NCBI GenBank assembly: GCA_902603905.1
Contig: CACKWM010000005.1
Location: 817-64,816, forward strand
Source: an uncultured Pelagibacteraceae bacterium
GTDB lineage: Bacteria > Pseudomonadota > Alphaproteobacteria > Pelagibacterales > Pelagibacteraceae
Direction of reading: 5' to 3'
Length of the DNA: 64,000 bases
A program made the translations under genes and the position numbers. This document shows positions 20,544 to 30,053 of the stretch, piece after piece. Positions within the stretch are counted from its first letter, which is position 1. Every line of letters begins with the position of its first letter. Under the pieces are notes generated by a model. It was not told the origin of the DNA. It made no database searches and saw only the letters and a list, made by a program, of their open reading frames with translations.

Positions 20544-21110
20544 ATGAAACTTTCTGGATCATATCAAATTAATTTAGAAAAACAAAAAGTTTGGGAAGCT
20601 TTAAATAATCCAGAAATATTAAAAAAATCTATTCCTGGATGCGAAGAATTTGTAAAAAAATCTGAAACTGAATTTACTGCTACTGCTACAAATAAAATAG
20701 GTCCATTTAATGCAACTTTTACAGGAGATATTGAACTTAAAGATTTAGACCCTCCAAACAGTTATAAAATTATTGGATCAGGGAATTCCCCCGTAGGATT
20801 TGCAAATGGTGAAGCCTCAGTTACTTTAGAAGACTTTGAAGATGGAACGAATCTTAAATACAGCGTCGAAGCAAATGTAGGAGGAAAAATTGCACAAGTA
20901 GGATCACGTTTGATTGATATGACAGCAAAAAAAATGGCTGATATTTTTTTTGGAAAATTTGTCGAATTAATTACAACAAAAACTACAACTGAAAAAGTTA
21001 AAAAAGTAAATGAAGATAAAATTCAAAGTCAAAAAGAGCCAATAAATAAAATATTAATTGTTTTACCAGCATTAATAATCATTGGAATTATATTATATTA
21101 TTTAAACTAA
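20544..21110 (+). CDS. coxG: CoxG (SRPBCC/START fold) with C-terminal membrane anchor
   Basis: VWEALNNPEIL..SIPGC, VGGKIAQVGSRLID, hydrophobic C-terminus. Confidence 0.88.
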   Translation: MKLSGSYQINLEKQKVWEALNNPEILKKSIPGCEEFVKKSETEFTATATNKIGPFNATFTGDIELKDLDPPNSYKIIGSGNSPVGFANGEASVTLEDFEDGTNLKYSVEANVGGKIAQVGSRLIDMTAKKMADIFFGKFVELITTKTTTEKVKKVNEDKIQSQKEPINKILIVLPALIIIGIILYYLN

Positions 21111-21204
21111 TCGCGTGTAGATAGAATTTTTGAATTTTTTATAGTTGTATCTAATATTCTATTATGTTTAAATAAATTAAAAGCATTAAGGGAGGGTAAA
21201 CTTA

Positions 21205-21666
21205 ATGAGTAAAGTTTCTTTAGAGATTAACGGGAAAAAAATATCAAAAGAAATTCCCGATCATACAACGTTATCTATATTTTTAAGAGATATATTGAAT
21301 TTAACAGGAACACATGTTGGATGTGATACCAGCCAGTGTGGTGCGTGCGTTGTTCATGTAGATGGCAAATCTATAAAAAGTTGTACAGCATTAGCAGCAG
21401 ATCTTGATGGATCCAAAATTACAACAATTGAAGGTCTTACAACAAATGGAAAAATGCACCCAATGCAAGAGGCTTTTAAAAAACTTCATGGTTTACAATG
21501 TGGTTTTTGCACACCAGGGATGGTTATGAGTGCTATCGATTTATTAAAAAACAAAAAGAATCCTAGTGATACGGAAATAAGAGATTGGTTAGAGGGAAAT
21601 ATTTGTAGATGCACAGGATATCAAAATATTGTTGCAGCTGTAAAAGAGGCTGCTTCTAAAATGTAG
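21205..21666 (+). CDS. coxS: Molybdenum hydroxylase small (2Fe-2S) subunit
   Basis: [26 protein letters not shown]. Strong SD (GGAGG). Confidence 0.92.
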   Translation: MSKVSLEINGKKISKEIPDHTTLSIFLRDILNLTGTHVGCDTSQCGACVVHVDGKSIKSCTALAADLDGSKITTIEGLTTNGKMHPMQEAFKKLHGLQCGFCTPGMVMSAIDLLKNKKNPSDTEIRDWLEGNICRCTGYQNIVAAVKEAASKM

Positions 21667-21679
21667 GAGGATAAAAGTT

Positions 21680-24052
21680 ATGGCAAGTTTGGTTGGATCA
21701 AGAGTTGAAAGAAAAGAAGATAAAAAACTTTTAACAGGTAGAGGAAAATATACTGCTGATGTAAATTTTATTCACCAAACATATGCTTACTTTGTTCGTT
21801 CTCCTCATGCAAGAGCAGAAATAAAAAAAGTAGATATCTCTAAAGCATCTAAGGCACCAGGAGTTGTAGCAGTGTTAACGGGTGCAGACATTGCCAATGA
21901 TAAAATTGGCGGATTAATAGCTGGATGGAGAATTAAAAGTGAGGATGGATCAGACATGAAAGTTCCAGCGCACCCTCCATTAGCCAATGAATCAGTGAAC
22001 TATGTTGGGGATCACGTTGCAGTAGTCATTGCAGAAAGTCTTGACGAAGCAAGATCTGCTGCTGATTTAGTTAAAGTTGATTATAAAATTTTAAAAGCAG
22101 TTGTTAAAACAAAAGATGCAATGGACTCAGATCAAATTTATAAAGATATACCAAAGAATATGTGCTTTGATTGGTTGTTAGGGGACAGAGCAAAAGTAAA
22201 AGAAGCATTTGATAAAGCTGACAAAATAATAAAAATTGACATAATTAATAATAGGTTAATTCCAAATGCAATGGAACCAAGAGCAGCAAATGCTGATTAC
22301 AATCCATCAACTGAAGAAATAACTTTATATACAACAAGTCAAAATCCTCATTTGGCAAGAATAATAATTTCCGCATTTAATGGAGTTGCTCCAGAAAATA
22401 AATTAAGAGTAATAGCTCCAGATGTTGGCGGAGGCTTTGGATCTAAAATTTATCCTTATGCTGAAGAAGTTGTTTGTAGCTGGGCAGCAAAAAAAATTGA
22501 AAGACCAGTAAAATGGGTAGCTGATAGAACAGAATCTTTTTTATCTGATTGTCATGGAAGAGATCATGTTACTCATGCTGAATTAGCTGTAAAAAATGAT
22601 GGAACATTTTTAGGTTTTAAAAATGAAACAATAGCTAACATAGGAGCATATGCATCAGTATTCGGTACTGTGACACCAACTTATTTATTTGGACCTTGCG
22701 CAACAGGAGTTTATAAAATGCCAGCAGCATATACCAATGTAAAAGCAGTTTATACAAACACTGCTCCAGTTGATGCGTACAGGGGTGCTGGCAGGCCAGA
22801 AGCTACATATACAATAGAAACTTTAGTTGAAAAAGCTGCAAGGGAACTTGGAATGGATCCAGCTGAAATAAGAATGAAAAACTTTCCAACAGAATTTCCA
22901 TTTCAACAAACTTTAGTTCACTCAGTTGATTCAGGGGATTATAACGCAGGTTTAAAAAAAGCAATGGAAATGGGTGAATATGAAAGTTTTGAAAAAAGAA
23001 AAAAAGAATCTGAATCAAGAGGAAAATTAAGAGGGATAGGTTTTTGTACTTATTTCGAAGCTTGTGGTATAGCGCCATCACCAGTTGTTATGATGCTGGG
23101 GTGTGGAATAGGTTTATGGGAATCAGCCGAAGTAAGATTTAATCCAACAGGAAACGTAACTGTTTTTACAGGTTCTCACAGTCATGGACAAGGACATGAT
23201 ACTACGTTTGCACAAATAGCAGCTGATCAATTAGGTATACCAATAGAAAATATTGAAATAGCTCACGGAGATACAGACAAAGGACCGTTTGGATATGGAA
23301 CATATGGCTCAAGATCTTTAACCGTAGGTGGGACAGCAATAGTTAAAGCATGCGATAAGATAGTTGCAAAAGGAAAAAGAGTAGCAGCTAAAATGTTGGA
23401 AGTGAATGAAGATGAAGTCGATTTCAATAATGGAGAATTTGTAGTAGCAAAATCAAATAAGAAAAAAACAATAGGAGAAGTAGCTTTTGCTTGTTATTTA
23501 CCAGGTACTTATGGCGAAGTAAAATCTCCACTTCCAGATGGAGAAGAACCTGGTCTTAAAGAAACATCTTTTTTCGATCCAGCAAACTTTTCTTTTCCTG
23601 CAGGTTCGCATATTTGTGAAGTTGAAGTAGATCAAGATACTGGTGAAACTAAAGTAGTTAAGTATACAGCAGTTGATGATTTTGGAACAATTATTAATCC
23701 ACTTATTGTTGAAGGACAAGTTCATGGTGGATTAGCACAGGGAATAGGACAAGCACTTTATGAAAATTGTCATTATGATGATTCTGGACAATTAGTAACA
23801 GCTTCTTATATGGATTATACAATGCCAAGGGCTGACAACTTTACAGATTTTAACTTAGGTTTTACATGTACTCCCGCAACATCTAATCCATTGGGAACTA
23901 AAGGATGTGGAGAAGCAGGAGCAATAGCCGCACCTCCTGCAGTAATGAACGCAGTTATAGATGCTATAGGCAAAGAAATTTCGATGCCTGCTACAGCTGA
24001 AAAAGTTTGGGCAGCGTGTAATAAAAAAAATAAAAATTCTGAAGCAGCTTAA
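21680..24052 (+). CDS. coxL: Molybdenum hydroxylase large subunit, CoxL form II type
   Basis: VGGGFGSK, active-site loop AYRGAGR (form II, not AYRCSFR), GTYGSRS, KGCGE. Gene order S-L-M. Confidence 0.88.
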   Translation: MASLVGSRVERKEDKKLLTGRGKYTADVNFIHQTYAYFVRSPHARAEIKKVDISKASKAPGVVAVLTGADIANDKIGGLIAGWRIKSEDGSDMKVPAHPPLANESVNYVGDHVAVVIAESLDEARSAADLVKVDYKILKAVVKTKDAMDSDQIYKDIPKNMCFDWLLGDRAKVKEAFDKADKIIKIDIINNRLIPNAMEPRAANADYNPSTEEITLYTTSQNPHLARIIISAFNGVAPENKLRVIAPDVGGGFGSKIYPYAEEVVCSWAAKKIERPVKWVADRTESFLSDCHGRDHVTHAELAVKNDGTFLGFKNETIANIGAYASVFGTVTPTYLFGPCATGVYKMPAAYTNVKAVYTNTAPVDAYRGAGRPEATYTIETLVEKAARELGMDPAEIRMKNFPTEFPFQQTLVHSVDSGDYNAGLKKAMEMGEYESFEKRKKESESRGKLRGIGFCTYFEACGIAPSPVVMMLGCGIGLWESAEVRFNPTGNVTVFTGSHSHGQGHDTTFAQIAADQLGIPIENIEIAHGDTDKGPFGYGTYGSRSLTVGGTAIVKACDKIVAKGKRVAAKMLEVNEDEVDFNNGEFVVAKSNKKKTIGEVAFACYLPGTYGEVKSPLPDGEEPGLKETSFFDPANFSFPAGSHICEVEVDQDTGETKVVKYTAVDDFGTIINPLIVEGQVHGGLAQGIGQALYENCHYDDSGQLVTASYMDYTMPRADNFTDFNLGFTCTPATSNPLGTKGCGEAGAIAAPPAVMNAVIDAIGKEISMPATAEKVWAACNKKNKNSEAA

Positions 24053-24063
24053 GGAGAAAAATT

Positions 24064-24849
24064 ATGAAAACATTTAACTATCATTCAGTAAAAGATGTAA
24101 AAGAAGCTTCTAAGTTATCTTCTTCAAAATCAGCTTTTTTAGCAGGTGGTATGACCACCATCCCATCTATGAAATTAGGCTTGGCAAATTATAAGGATAT
24201 TATAAATATAAAAGGAATTAAAAAACTTTCTGGGATAAAAGTAAGCGGAAAAACAGTTACAATTGGATCGACAACCAGACATGCAGAGGTTGCTAATTCA
24301 AAAGAAATTAAAAAAGCAATACCATCTTTATCAGCTCTGGCAGAAGGAATAGGAGATCCTCAAGTAAGAAATAGAGGAACAATAGGAGGATCCATTGCTA
24401 ATAATGATCCTGCTGCAGATTATCCATCTGCTTGCATTGCATTAAATGCAGTTATTCATACAAATAATAGAAAAATTGATGCAGAAAAATTTTTTAGAGG
24501 CATGTTTGAGACGTCACTCAAAAGTGGAGAAATCATTGAATCGATAGAATTTGCAATTCCACAAAAATCAAGTTACCAAAAATACCCAAATCCAGCATCA
24601 AGATATGCTATTGTTGGCGTTTATGTGGCTAAACACAAAAGTGGAGTTAATGTAGCTGTAACAGGCGCTAAATCATGTGTTTATAATGATAAAAATTTAT
24701 CAGACATTTTGTCAAAAAACTTTTCAGCAGATGCAATTAATAATACAAAAATTTCTGCATCTGGAATGAATTCCGATATTCATGCATCAGCAGACTATAG
24801 AGCAAATATGGTTAAAGTTTTTGCTAAAAAAGCTGTTGAAGCTTGCTAA
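24064..24849 (+). CDS. coxM: Molybdenum hydroxylase FAD-binding medium subunit
   Basis: LAGG, IGDPQVRNRGTIGGSIANNDPAAD, PASRYA, SDIHASADYR. Confidence 0.9.
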   Translation: MKTFNYHSVKDVKEASKLSSSKSAFLAGGMTTIPSMKLGLANYKDIINIKGIKKLSGIKVSGKTVTIGSTTRHAEVANSKEIKKAIPSLSALAEGIGDPQVRNRGTIGGSIANNDPAADYPSACIALNAVIHTNNRKIDAEKFFRGMFETSLKSGEIIESIEFAIPQKSSYQKYPNPASRYAIVGVYVAKHKSGVNVAVTGAKSCVYNDKNLSDILSKNFSADAINNTKISASGMNSDIHASADYRANMVKVFAKKAVEAC

Positions 24850-24879
24850 ATATTTCTTTCAGTATTAACTTAAAATCTA

Positions 24880-25209
24880 ATGAAAAATTCATTTGATGAA
24901 AAGATTTTAGAAGAAGCAAACGATTGGATTAAAACTAACCAAAAAGTAGTTCTTGCAACAGTAATTGAAACTTGGGGATCATCACCTAGACCAACAGGCA
25001 GTAGAATGATTGTGAATGAAAAAGGAGATTTTTCAGGCTCTGTATCTGGAGGTTGCGTTGAATCTGCTGTTGTTAGAGAATGTGTTGAAATTATAAAAGA
25101 AAAAAAACCTTTTAAAAAAATAGAATTTAAAGTTTCAAATGAAAGTGCCTGGGAAGTAGGACTTGCATGCGGTGGAGAAATTGCAGTTTATTTAGAGCAG
25201 ATTAATTAA
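24880..25209 (+). CDS. XdhC/CoxI family protein, N-terminal domain
   Basis: TWGSSPRP.GS, GSVSGGCVE, VGLACGG. Confidence 0.85.
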   Translation: MKNSFDEKILEEANDWIKTNQKVVLATVIETWGSSPRPTGSRMIVNEKGDFSGSVSGGCVESAVVRECVEIIKEKKPFKKIEFKVSNESAWEVGLACGGEIAVYLEQIN

Positions 25210-25889
25210 TGCAATTAAAAACCTTACAAGAAATAATTAAAAAAAAAGAAAATAAGTCTGAATTTGCAATAGTTACAAATTTAACAACAGGAAATAGTGA
25301 AATTTTTGAAAAAGGTAAATCATTAAGTAAAGAGTTTGAAAAATTTGCAGATCAAATAAATGCTTTTTTTCACTCAAAGAAAAATGGAATTATTGAAGGT
25401 ACTGATATATTTGTAGAAAGTTATATTAGACCTATCAAAGTTATTATTGTAGGAGCTGTTCATATAGCTCAGTATTTAGTTAATTTTGCGAGTAGCTTAA
25501 ATTTTGAAATATCTGTAATTGATCCTAGAGGTTATTTTGCAACCAAACAAAGATTTCCCAATATGAAAATAATCAATAAGTGGCCAGATGAAGCGTTTAA
25601 AGAAATAGAAACAAATTCAAATACAGCATTAATAGCATTAACTCATGATCCAAAAATTGATGATCCAGCATTACAACATGCTATTAAAAATAAGTTTTAT
25701 TATATTGGGGCTTTAGGGAGCAAAAAAACGCATGCTAACAGATGTGAAAGACTAAAAGAAGCTGGATTTAGTGATAAAGAAATAAACCAAATTCATGGAC
25801 CAATTGGAATTAAACTTGGTGGTAGAGCAGCTCCTGAAATTGCATTATCAATAATTGCCCAACTTGTTGCTGAAACATATAAAAAATAA
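25209..25889 (+). CDS. XdhC/CoxF family protein, C-terminal Rossmann domain
   Basis: VGAVHIAQ, IDPR, THDPKIDD, YIGALGS, PIG..LG...PEIALSI. TAATG coupling to the preceding ORF. Confidence 0.85.
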   Translation: MQLKTLQEIIKKKENKSEFAIVTNLTTGNSEIFEKGKSLSKEFEKFADQINAFFHSKKNGIIEGTDIFVESYIRPIKVIIVGAVHIAQYLVNFASSLNFEISVIDPRGYFATKQRFPNMKIINKWPDEAFKEIETNSNTALIALTHDPKIDDPALQHAIKNKFYYIGALGSKKTHANRCERLKEAGFSDKEINQIHGPIGIKLGGRAAPEIALSIIAQLVAETYKK

Positions 25890-25898
25890 AAAAATTTT

Positions 25899-26480
25899 AT
25901 GATTTCATCAATTCTTTTAGCAGCAGGTCAATCTAAAAGGATGCAAGGTGAAAACAAGTTATTAAAAAAATATAAAAAAAAATATTTAATTAACCACATT
26001 TTAAATTCTTTAATTAAAAGCAAAGTAAATAAAATAATAGTTGTATTAGGCCATGAAAACAGAAAAATTAAAAAAATATCTTTAAAAAATCAAAAAATAA
26101 CATTTGTATTAAATTCACAATATTTAAAAGGAATATCAACATCAATTAAATGTGGATTAAAAAAAATATCTAAAAAAAATATAGGTTTTTTAATTGCGCA
26201 TGCTGATATGCCTTTAGTTTCAAAAACAATTTTCAACACTTTATGTTTAGGTTTAAAAAATAAAAAAAAAGAGATTTTTGTACCAGTTTATAAGAAAAAA
26301 TTTGGAAACCCACTAGCTTTCAAATATTCAATGATTAAATCTTTAAAAAAAATTAAGGGAGACAGAGGAGCTAAAAAATTAATTAGATCAAATAAATCAA
26401 AAGTTCAATTTGTAAAAATAAAATCTAAATCTATTTTAGTTGATTTTGATCAATTAAAGGATTTCCCTTCAACCACTTAG
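25899..26480 (+). CDS. mocA: Molybdenum cofactor cytidylyltransferase (MocA-like)
   Basis: LAAGQSKRM...NKLL, ADMP, GNP, GDRGA. Adjacent to an MCD-type molybdenum hydroxylase. Confidence 0.78.
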   Translation: MISSILLAAGQSKRMQGENKLLKKYKKKYLINHILNSLIKSKVNKIIVVLGHENRKIKKISLKNQKITFVLNSQYLKGISTSIKCGLKKISKKNIGFLIAHADMPLVSKTIFNTLCLGLKNKKKEIFVPVYKKKFGNPLAFKYSMIKSLKKIKGDRGAKKLIRSNKSKVQFVKIKSKSILVDFDQLKDFPSTT

Positions 26481-26889
26481 AATCTTCTCCTTCATAATGT
26501 TCTTTTTTCCAGATAGGTGTTCTTTTTTTTATTTCTTCAATAATATGTCTTGAAAAGTCATATGCTTGGGAACGATGTTTGCATGAAACAGCTATAATTA
26601 TACTAGTTTCACCAAGTTCAACGTATCCTTTGATATGTTCAATAAATACAGCAATATTGTTAAACTTAAATTTTGTTTCTGCTTCTTTATATATTTCCTC
26701 AAAACTTTTAATTACTAATGCATCGTGACTATCATAAGTCATTCCAGTAACTTTTTTATCATTATTTTGATCTCTAACAGTGCCAACAAAATATATTGAA
26801 GCACCACATTTGCTTGAAGCTATAAATTTTTGTGCATTGGTAAGATTAATTTTTTCTTTCGTAGCATCTATTACTTTAGCATGTAGCAT
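26431..26889 (-). CDS. moaE: Molybdopterin synthase catalytic subunit
   Basis: GA...F.GTVR, HR, PIWKKE. Confidence 0.9.
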   Translation of the reverse strand: MLHAKVIDATKEKINLTNAQKFIASSKCGASIYFVGTVRDQNNDKKVTGMTYDSHDALVIKSFEEIYKEAETKFKFNNIAVFIEHIKGYVELGETSIIIAVSCKHRSQAYDFSRHIIEEIKKRTPIWKKEHYEGEDSKWLKGNPLIDQNQLK

Positions 26890-27158
26890 TAACCGCCTCC
26901 TATTGGAGGTATAATCCCAATATTTTGTTCTTTTGTAATTTTATAATCATCACCAACAATATTGTTTTCTTCAGAACAAAAAGCTGATGATTGAACTAAT
27001 TTTTTATAATTTTCATTACTTTTGAAGTTATTTTCTATAAAATTTAATATTTCATTTCGTAAATCTTTTATGGAGCTTTTTTCTTTTAAATTAAATTCTA
27101 AGTGATCTTTTTTACTAAAGTCACGACTAGCTCCAAAAAGCTCTAATTTTATTTTCAT
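26889..27158 (-). CDS. moaD: Molybdopterin synthase sulfur carrier
   Basis: Small ubiquitin-like protein ending IPPIGGG. Confidence 0.85.
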   Translation of the reverse strand: MKIKLELFGASRDFSKKDHLEFNLKEKSSIKDLRNEILNFIENNFKSNENYKKLVQSSAFCSEENNIVGDDYKITKEQNIGIIPPIGGG

Positions 27159-27176
27159 AAATGTTTTTTATTAAAA

Positions 27177-27722
27177 TTAAAATATATTGTCTAGGAATTT
27201 TGGTAAACCATCAGGATTAGTCCAAAGTCCACTTTTTCCACCTTCTTTAATTAATAGTTTAACATTATCAATTTTTAAATGTGGATTTACAATTTTGCTT
27301 AAATCATAAATAGTTATTAACGCTGCATTAACTCCCATGATTGCTTCCATCTCAACACCAGTTTTAGCTACAGCAGAGACAACACAAAATACTTCTAAAG
27401 AATTATCTTCATCATGCATTATAATTTTAGTTGCAGTATGATCAATTGGCAGGGGATGACACAAAGGAATTAATTCGCTTGTTTTTTTAACGCCTAATAC
27501 AGCAGAAACTTCTGCTAGGCTAATTGGGTCTCCTTTTGGCATTTCATCATTTTTAATCATATTAAATACTTTTTTACCGACATAAATTTTCCCTGAAGCT
27601 AAAGCTCTTCTAAAAGTTTCCTTCTTTGAAGATACATCAACCATATTAAAAGAATTTTTCTTAAAAAGGTCTTCAGCCCAATCTTTTAATTGATTTTGAT
27701 TAACTATTTTTAAATTTTTCAT
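27177..27722 (-). CDS. moaC: Cyclic pyranopterin monophosphate synthase
   Basis: MVDVSSK, KGD, LIPLCHP, TGVEMEA, YD..K, GGKSG. Confidence 0.93.
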   Translation of the reverse strand: MKNLKIVNQNQLKDWAEDLFKKNSFNMVDVSSKKETFRRALASGKIYVGKKVFNMIKNDEMPKGDPISLAEVSAVLGVKKTSELIPLCHPLPIDHTATKIIMHDEDNSLEVFCVVSAVAKTGVEMEAIMGVNAALITIYDLSKIVNPHLKIDNVKLLIKEGGKSGLWTNPDGLPKFLDNIF

Positions 27723-28714
27723 TATCCTCCAGTGGTAGATAAATTGTTCATTAGACCTGTTTCTCCAAGCTCTAAATAATGAGACTCTTTTTTAAAGTTT
27801 AATTGTTTAGAAATTAAATCTTTTAATTCTTCCAACTGATCATCTTTTTGTAAAAGATGTCTAATACTTATTCCAGTATTTCCAAATAAACATAATCTTA
27901 AATCACCTCTTGCTGTAATTCTAAGTCTATTGCAGCTTTTGCAAAAATCTTTTGAATAAGGAGCAATAACTCCAAACTTTCCTTTAAAAGATGGATTTAT
28001 ATAATTTTTTGATGGACCAGCATCTCTGCCAAGAGTTTGAAAAATCCAACCATTTTTATTTATATAATCAGTAAATACTTTTGCTGACACATGATATTTT
28101 TTAAAGTAATTCAAACTATCTCCAGTTTGCATTAATTCTATATATCTAAAATCAATTTCGTTATTTTTTATAAAATTACTCCATTCAATAAAATCTTTCT
28201 CGTTATCATTAATTCCTTTTAATAAGACTGCATTTATTTTTATATTTTTAAAATTAAGTTGTTGTAATTTTTCAATCCCTTTTAGTATTTCAGGCAATCG
28301 ATCATGACTTGTAATATTTTTAAAAGTTTCTCTATTTAAGCTATCAATACTTATATTTATTCCATCTAAACCACTTTCAACAATTTGATTAGCAATTTTA
28401 TCTAAACGATACCCGTTTGTAGTAATTACTGTTTTTTTTATTCCAGTTTTATTTTTTAAAATTTTAACAATATCAAAGAAGTCTTTTCTTACAGTTGGTT
28501 CTCCACCCGTTAATCTAATCTTACAAACTCCAAGAGCAGACAAACCTTTTGCAAGCCTTTCAATTTCTACTGAACTAAGAAATTTTCTATTATCACTTTT
28601 ATCTTTTTGATAACCATTTGGAAGGCAATAACCACATTTAAAATTACATACATCTGTAATTGACAAGCGTATGTAAGGGAACGTTCTTCCAAAACTATCT
28701 CTAAGCATTTTCAT
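27722..28714 (-). CDS. moaA: GTP 3',8-cyclase (radical SAM)
   Basis: CNFKCGYC, LTGGEP, FCKSCNRLR...C, C-terminal GG. Confidence 0.95.
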   Translation of the reverse strand: MKMLRDSFGRTFPYIRLSITDVCNFKCGYCLPNGYQKDKSDNRKFLSSVEIERLAKGLSALGVCKIRLTGGEPTVRKDFFDIVKILKNKTGIKKTVITTNGYRLDKIANQIVESGLDGINISIDSLNRETFKNITSHDRLPEILKGIEKLQQLNFKNIKINAVLLKGINDNEKDFIEWSNFIKNNEIDFRYIELMQTGDSLNYFKKYHVSAKVFTDYINKNGWIFQTLGRDAGPSKNYINPSFKGKFGVIAPYSKDFCKSCNRLRITARGDLRLCLFGNTGISIRHLLQKDDQLEELKDLISKQLNFKKESHYLELGETGLMNNLSTTGG

Positions 28715-28758
28715 TTATTTTTTTATAATATAAGCTAACATATTAAATATAATATAAC

Positions 28759-29595
28759 ATGAATGAATTTCTTACTAGAAGTGAAATAAATCAATTTAAT
28801 AAAGATGGAGCCATTTTTATTAAAGGAAAATTTGATGTTAAATGGATAGAAAAATTAAAAAAAGGAATTGAAAGAGATATTAATAATCCGAGTCCTAGAT
28901 TTAAGAGCCATACATTAGAAAAAGGTGTTCCTGCTTATTTAGAAGATTATTGGACTTGGGACTTGGTACCTGAATTTAAAGATTTTGTATTTAATTCACC
29001 GTACGCGAAAATAGCCGCTGAACTAATGTCAGCTAAAAAAATAAATCTTGTAATGGATAATTGGTTCTTAAGACAAGGTGGATCTAAATCTTCAACACCG
29101 TTTCATCATGATATAAGTTATTTTGATATGGATGGAACCATGTGTGTACTTTGGTTGCCATTACAACCAACAGGAAAAAATGAGGGAGTAGTTTGGGTAA
29201 AGGGCTCTCATTTGTGGAATAAACTATTTTTAAGAGTTTTATTTAAAGATGGTCATAAAGTAGAAGGAAAAGAATGTATTATTAATGGAAAAAAATACGA
29301 ACTTCCGCCAGATATTTTAGGAAATAAAGATAAATATGAATTTTTACAATGGGATTGTAAATTGGGAGATTGCGTTATATTTGATATGAGAACGCTTCAT
29401 GGAACCTTAAGTTCTTCCATTCCAGACAAAACATTAAGCCGTTATACCTTACGAGTAGCAAAAGAAGATGCAAAAATTAGTTATATAGGTGATTGGACTA
29501 GCTATAATTATAGAAAAGCTATGCAAGAAGCTGGATACAAAAATGGCGATTCCTTAGGTGGAAAAATGTTTCCAGTTCTTTACAATTCAATTTAA
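28759..29595 (+). CDS. PhyH family Fe(II)/2-oxoglutarate dioxygenase
   Basis: TPFHHD (HxD), KGSH, GD..IFD.RTLHG distal His. Confidence 0.82.
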   Translation: MNEFLTRSEINQFNKDGAIFIKGKFDVKWIEKLKKGIERDINNPSPRFKSHTLEKGVPAYLEDYWTWDLVPEFKDFVFNSPYAKIAAELMSAKKINLVMDNWFLRQGGSKSSTPFHHDISYFDMDGTMCVLWLPLQPTGKNEGVVWVKGSHLWNKLFLRVLFKDGHKVEGKECIINGKKYELPPDILGNKDKYEFLQWDCKLGDCVIFDMRTLHGTLSSSIPDKTLSRYTLRVAKEDAKISYIGDWTSYNYRKAMQEAGYKNGDSLGGKMFPVLYNSI

Positions 29596-29623
29596 CTTCT
29601 GGTTTTATGCCAGAAGTTAAATT
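29589..29623. terminator. Bidirectional intrinsic terminator hairpin between convergent genes
   Basis: Perfect 14-bp inverted repeat AATTTAACTTCTGG / CCAGAAGTTAAATT with a 7-nt loop. Confidence 0.75.
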
Positions 29624-29632
29624 TGTAATTTA

Positions 29633-29956
29633 CTATTGTCCAGGACCTTTGTAAGCAGCTGCAATTTTTGCTGCATTTGCAGCAACATCATTAATATTAA
29701 TAGCTTCACAGATTGTAATATTACAAAGAGTTCCACTTGCTTCCGTTGCCATTTTAATACCAGCACCTTGTTCAAAAGTTCCTTCAAAGATTACAAAGAA
29801 ATCGTAAGCTCCTCTTAAACCAGTATAAGAAACCATTTTGGCACCAACCGCCTCAGCCGCAGCTTGAGCTGCTTTAGATCTATCAGATTTTGGATCTTTA
29901 ATAAAACCTTGAAACCCTTGGGTAGTATAATTTCCAAAACAATAAAATTTAGCCAT
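29633..29956 (-). CDS. GYD domain protein
   Basis: Y.T..G..G, DR..AA, GAYD motif. Strong AGGAGG SD. Confidence 0.75.
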   Translation of the reverse strand: MAKFYCFGNYTTQGFQGFIKDPKSDRSKAAQAAAEAVGAKMVSYTGLRGAYDFFVIFEGTFEQGAGIKMATEASGTLCNITICEAININDVAANAAKIAAAYKGPGQ

Positions 29957-30053
29957 ATGTCCTCCTTTCTTTTAAAACATCATTATTGCAAATATATTCT
30001 AATGCGTAAATTGTATAGTGGACACAACCTATAGTAATGTTAAATTAAACACT

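Noticed and set aside
21680-24052. Evidence for true aerobic CO oxidation
   Set aside because: Lacks the form I AYxCSFR motif, and the gene order is S-L-M.
24880-25889. Split xdhC as a frameshifted pseudogene
   Set aside because: The break falls at a domain boundary with clean TAATG coupling, and two-gene XdhC arrangements are common in alphaproteobacteria.
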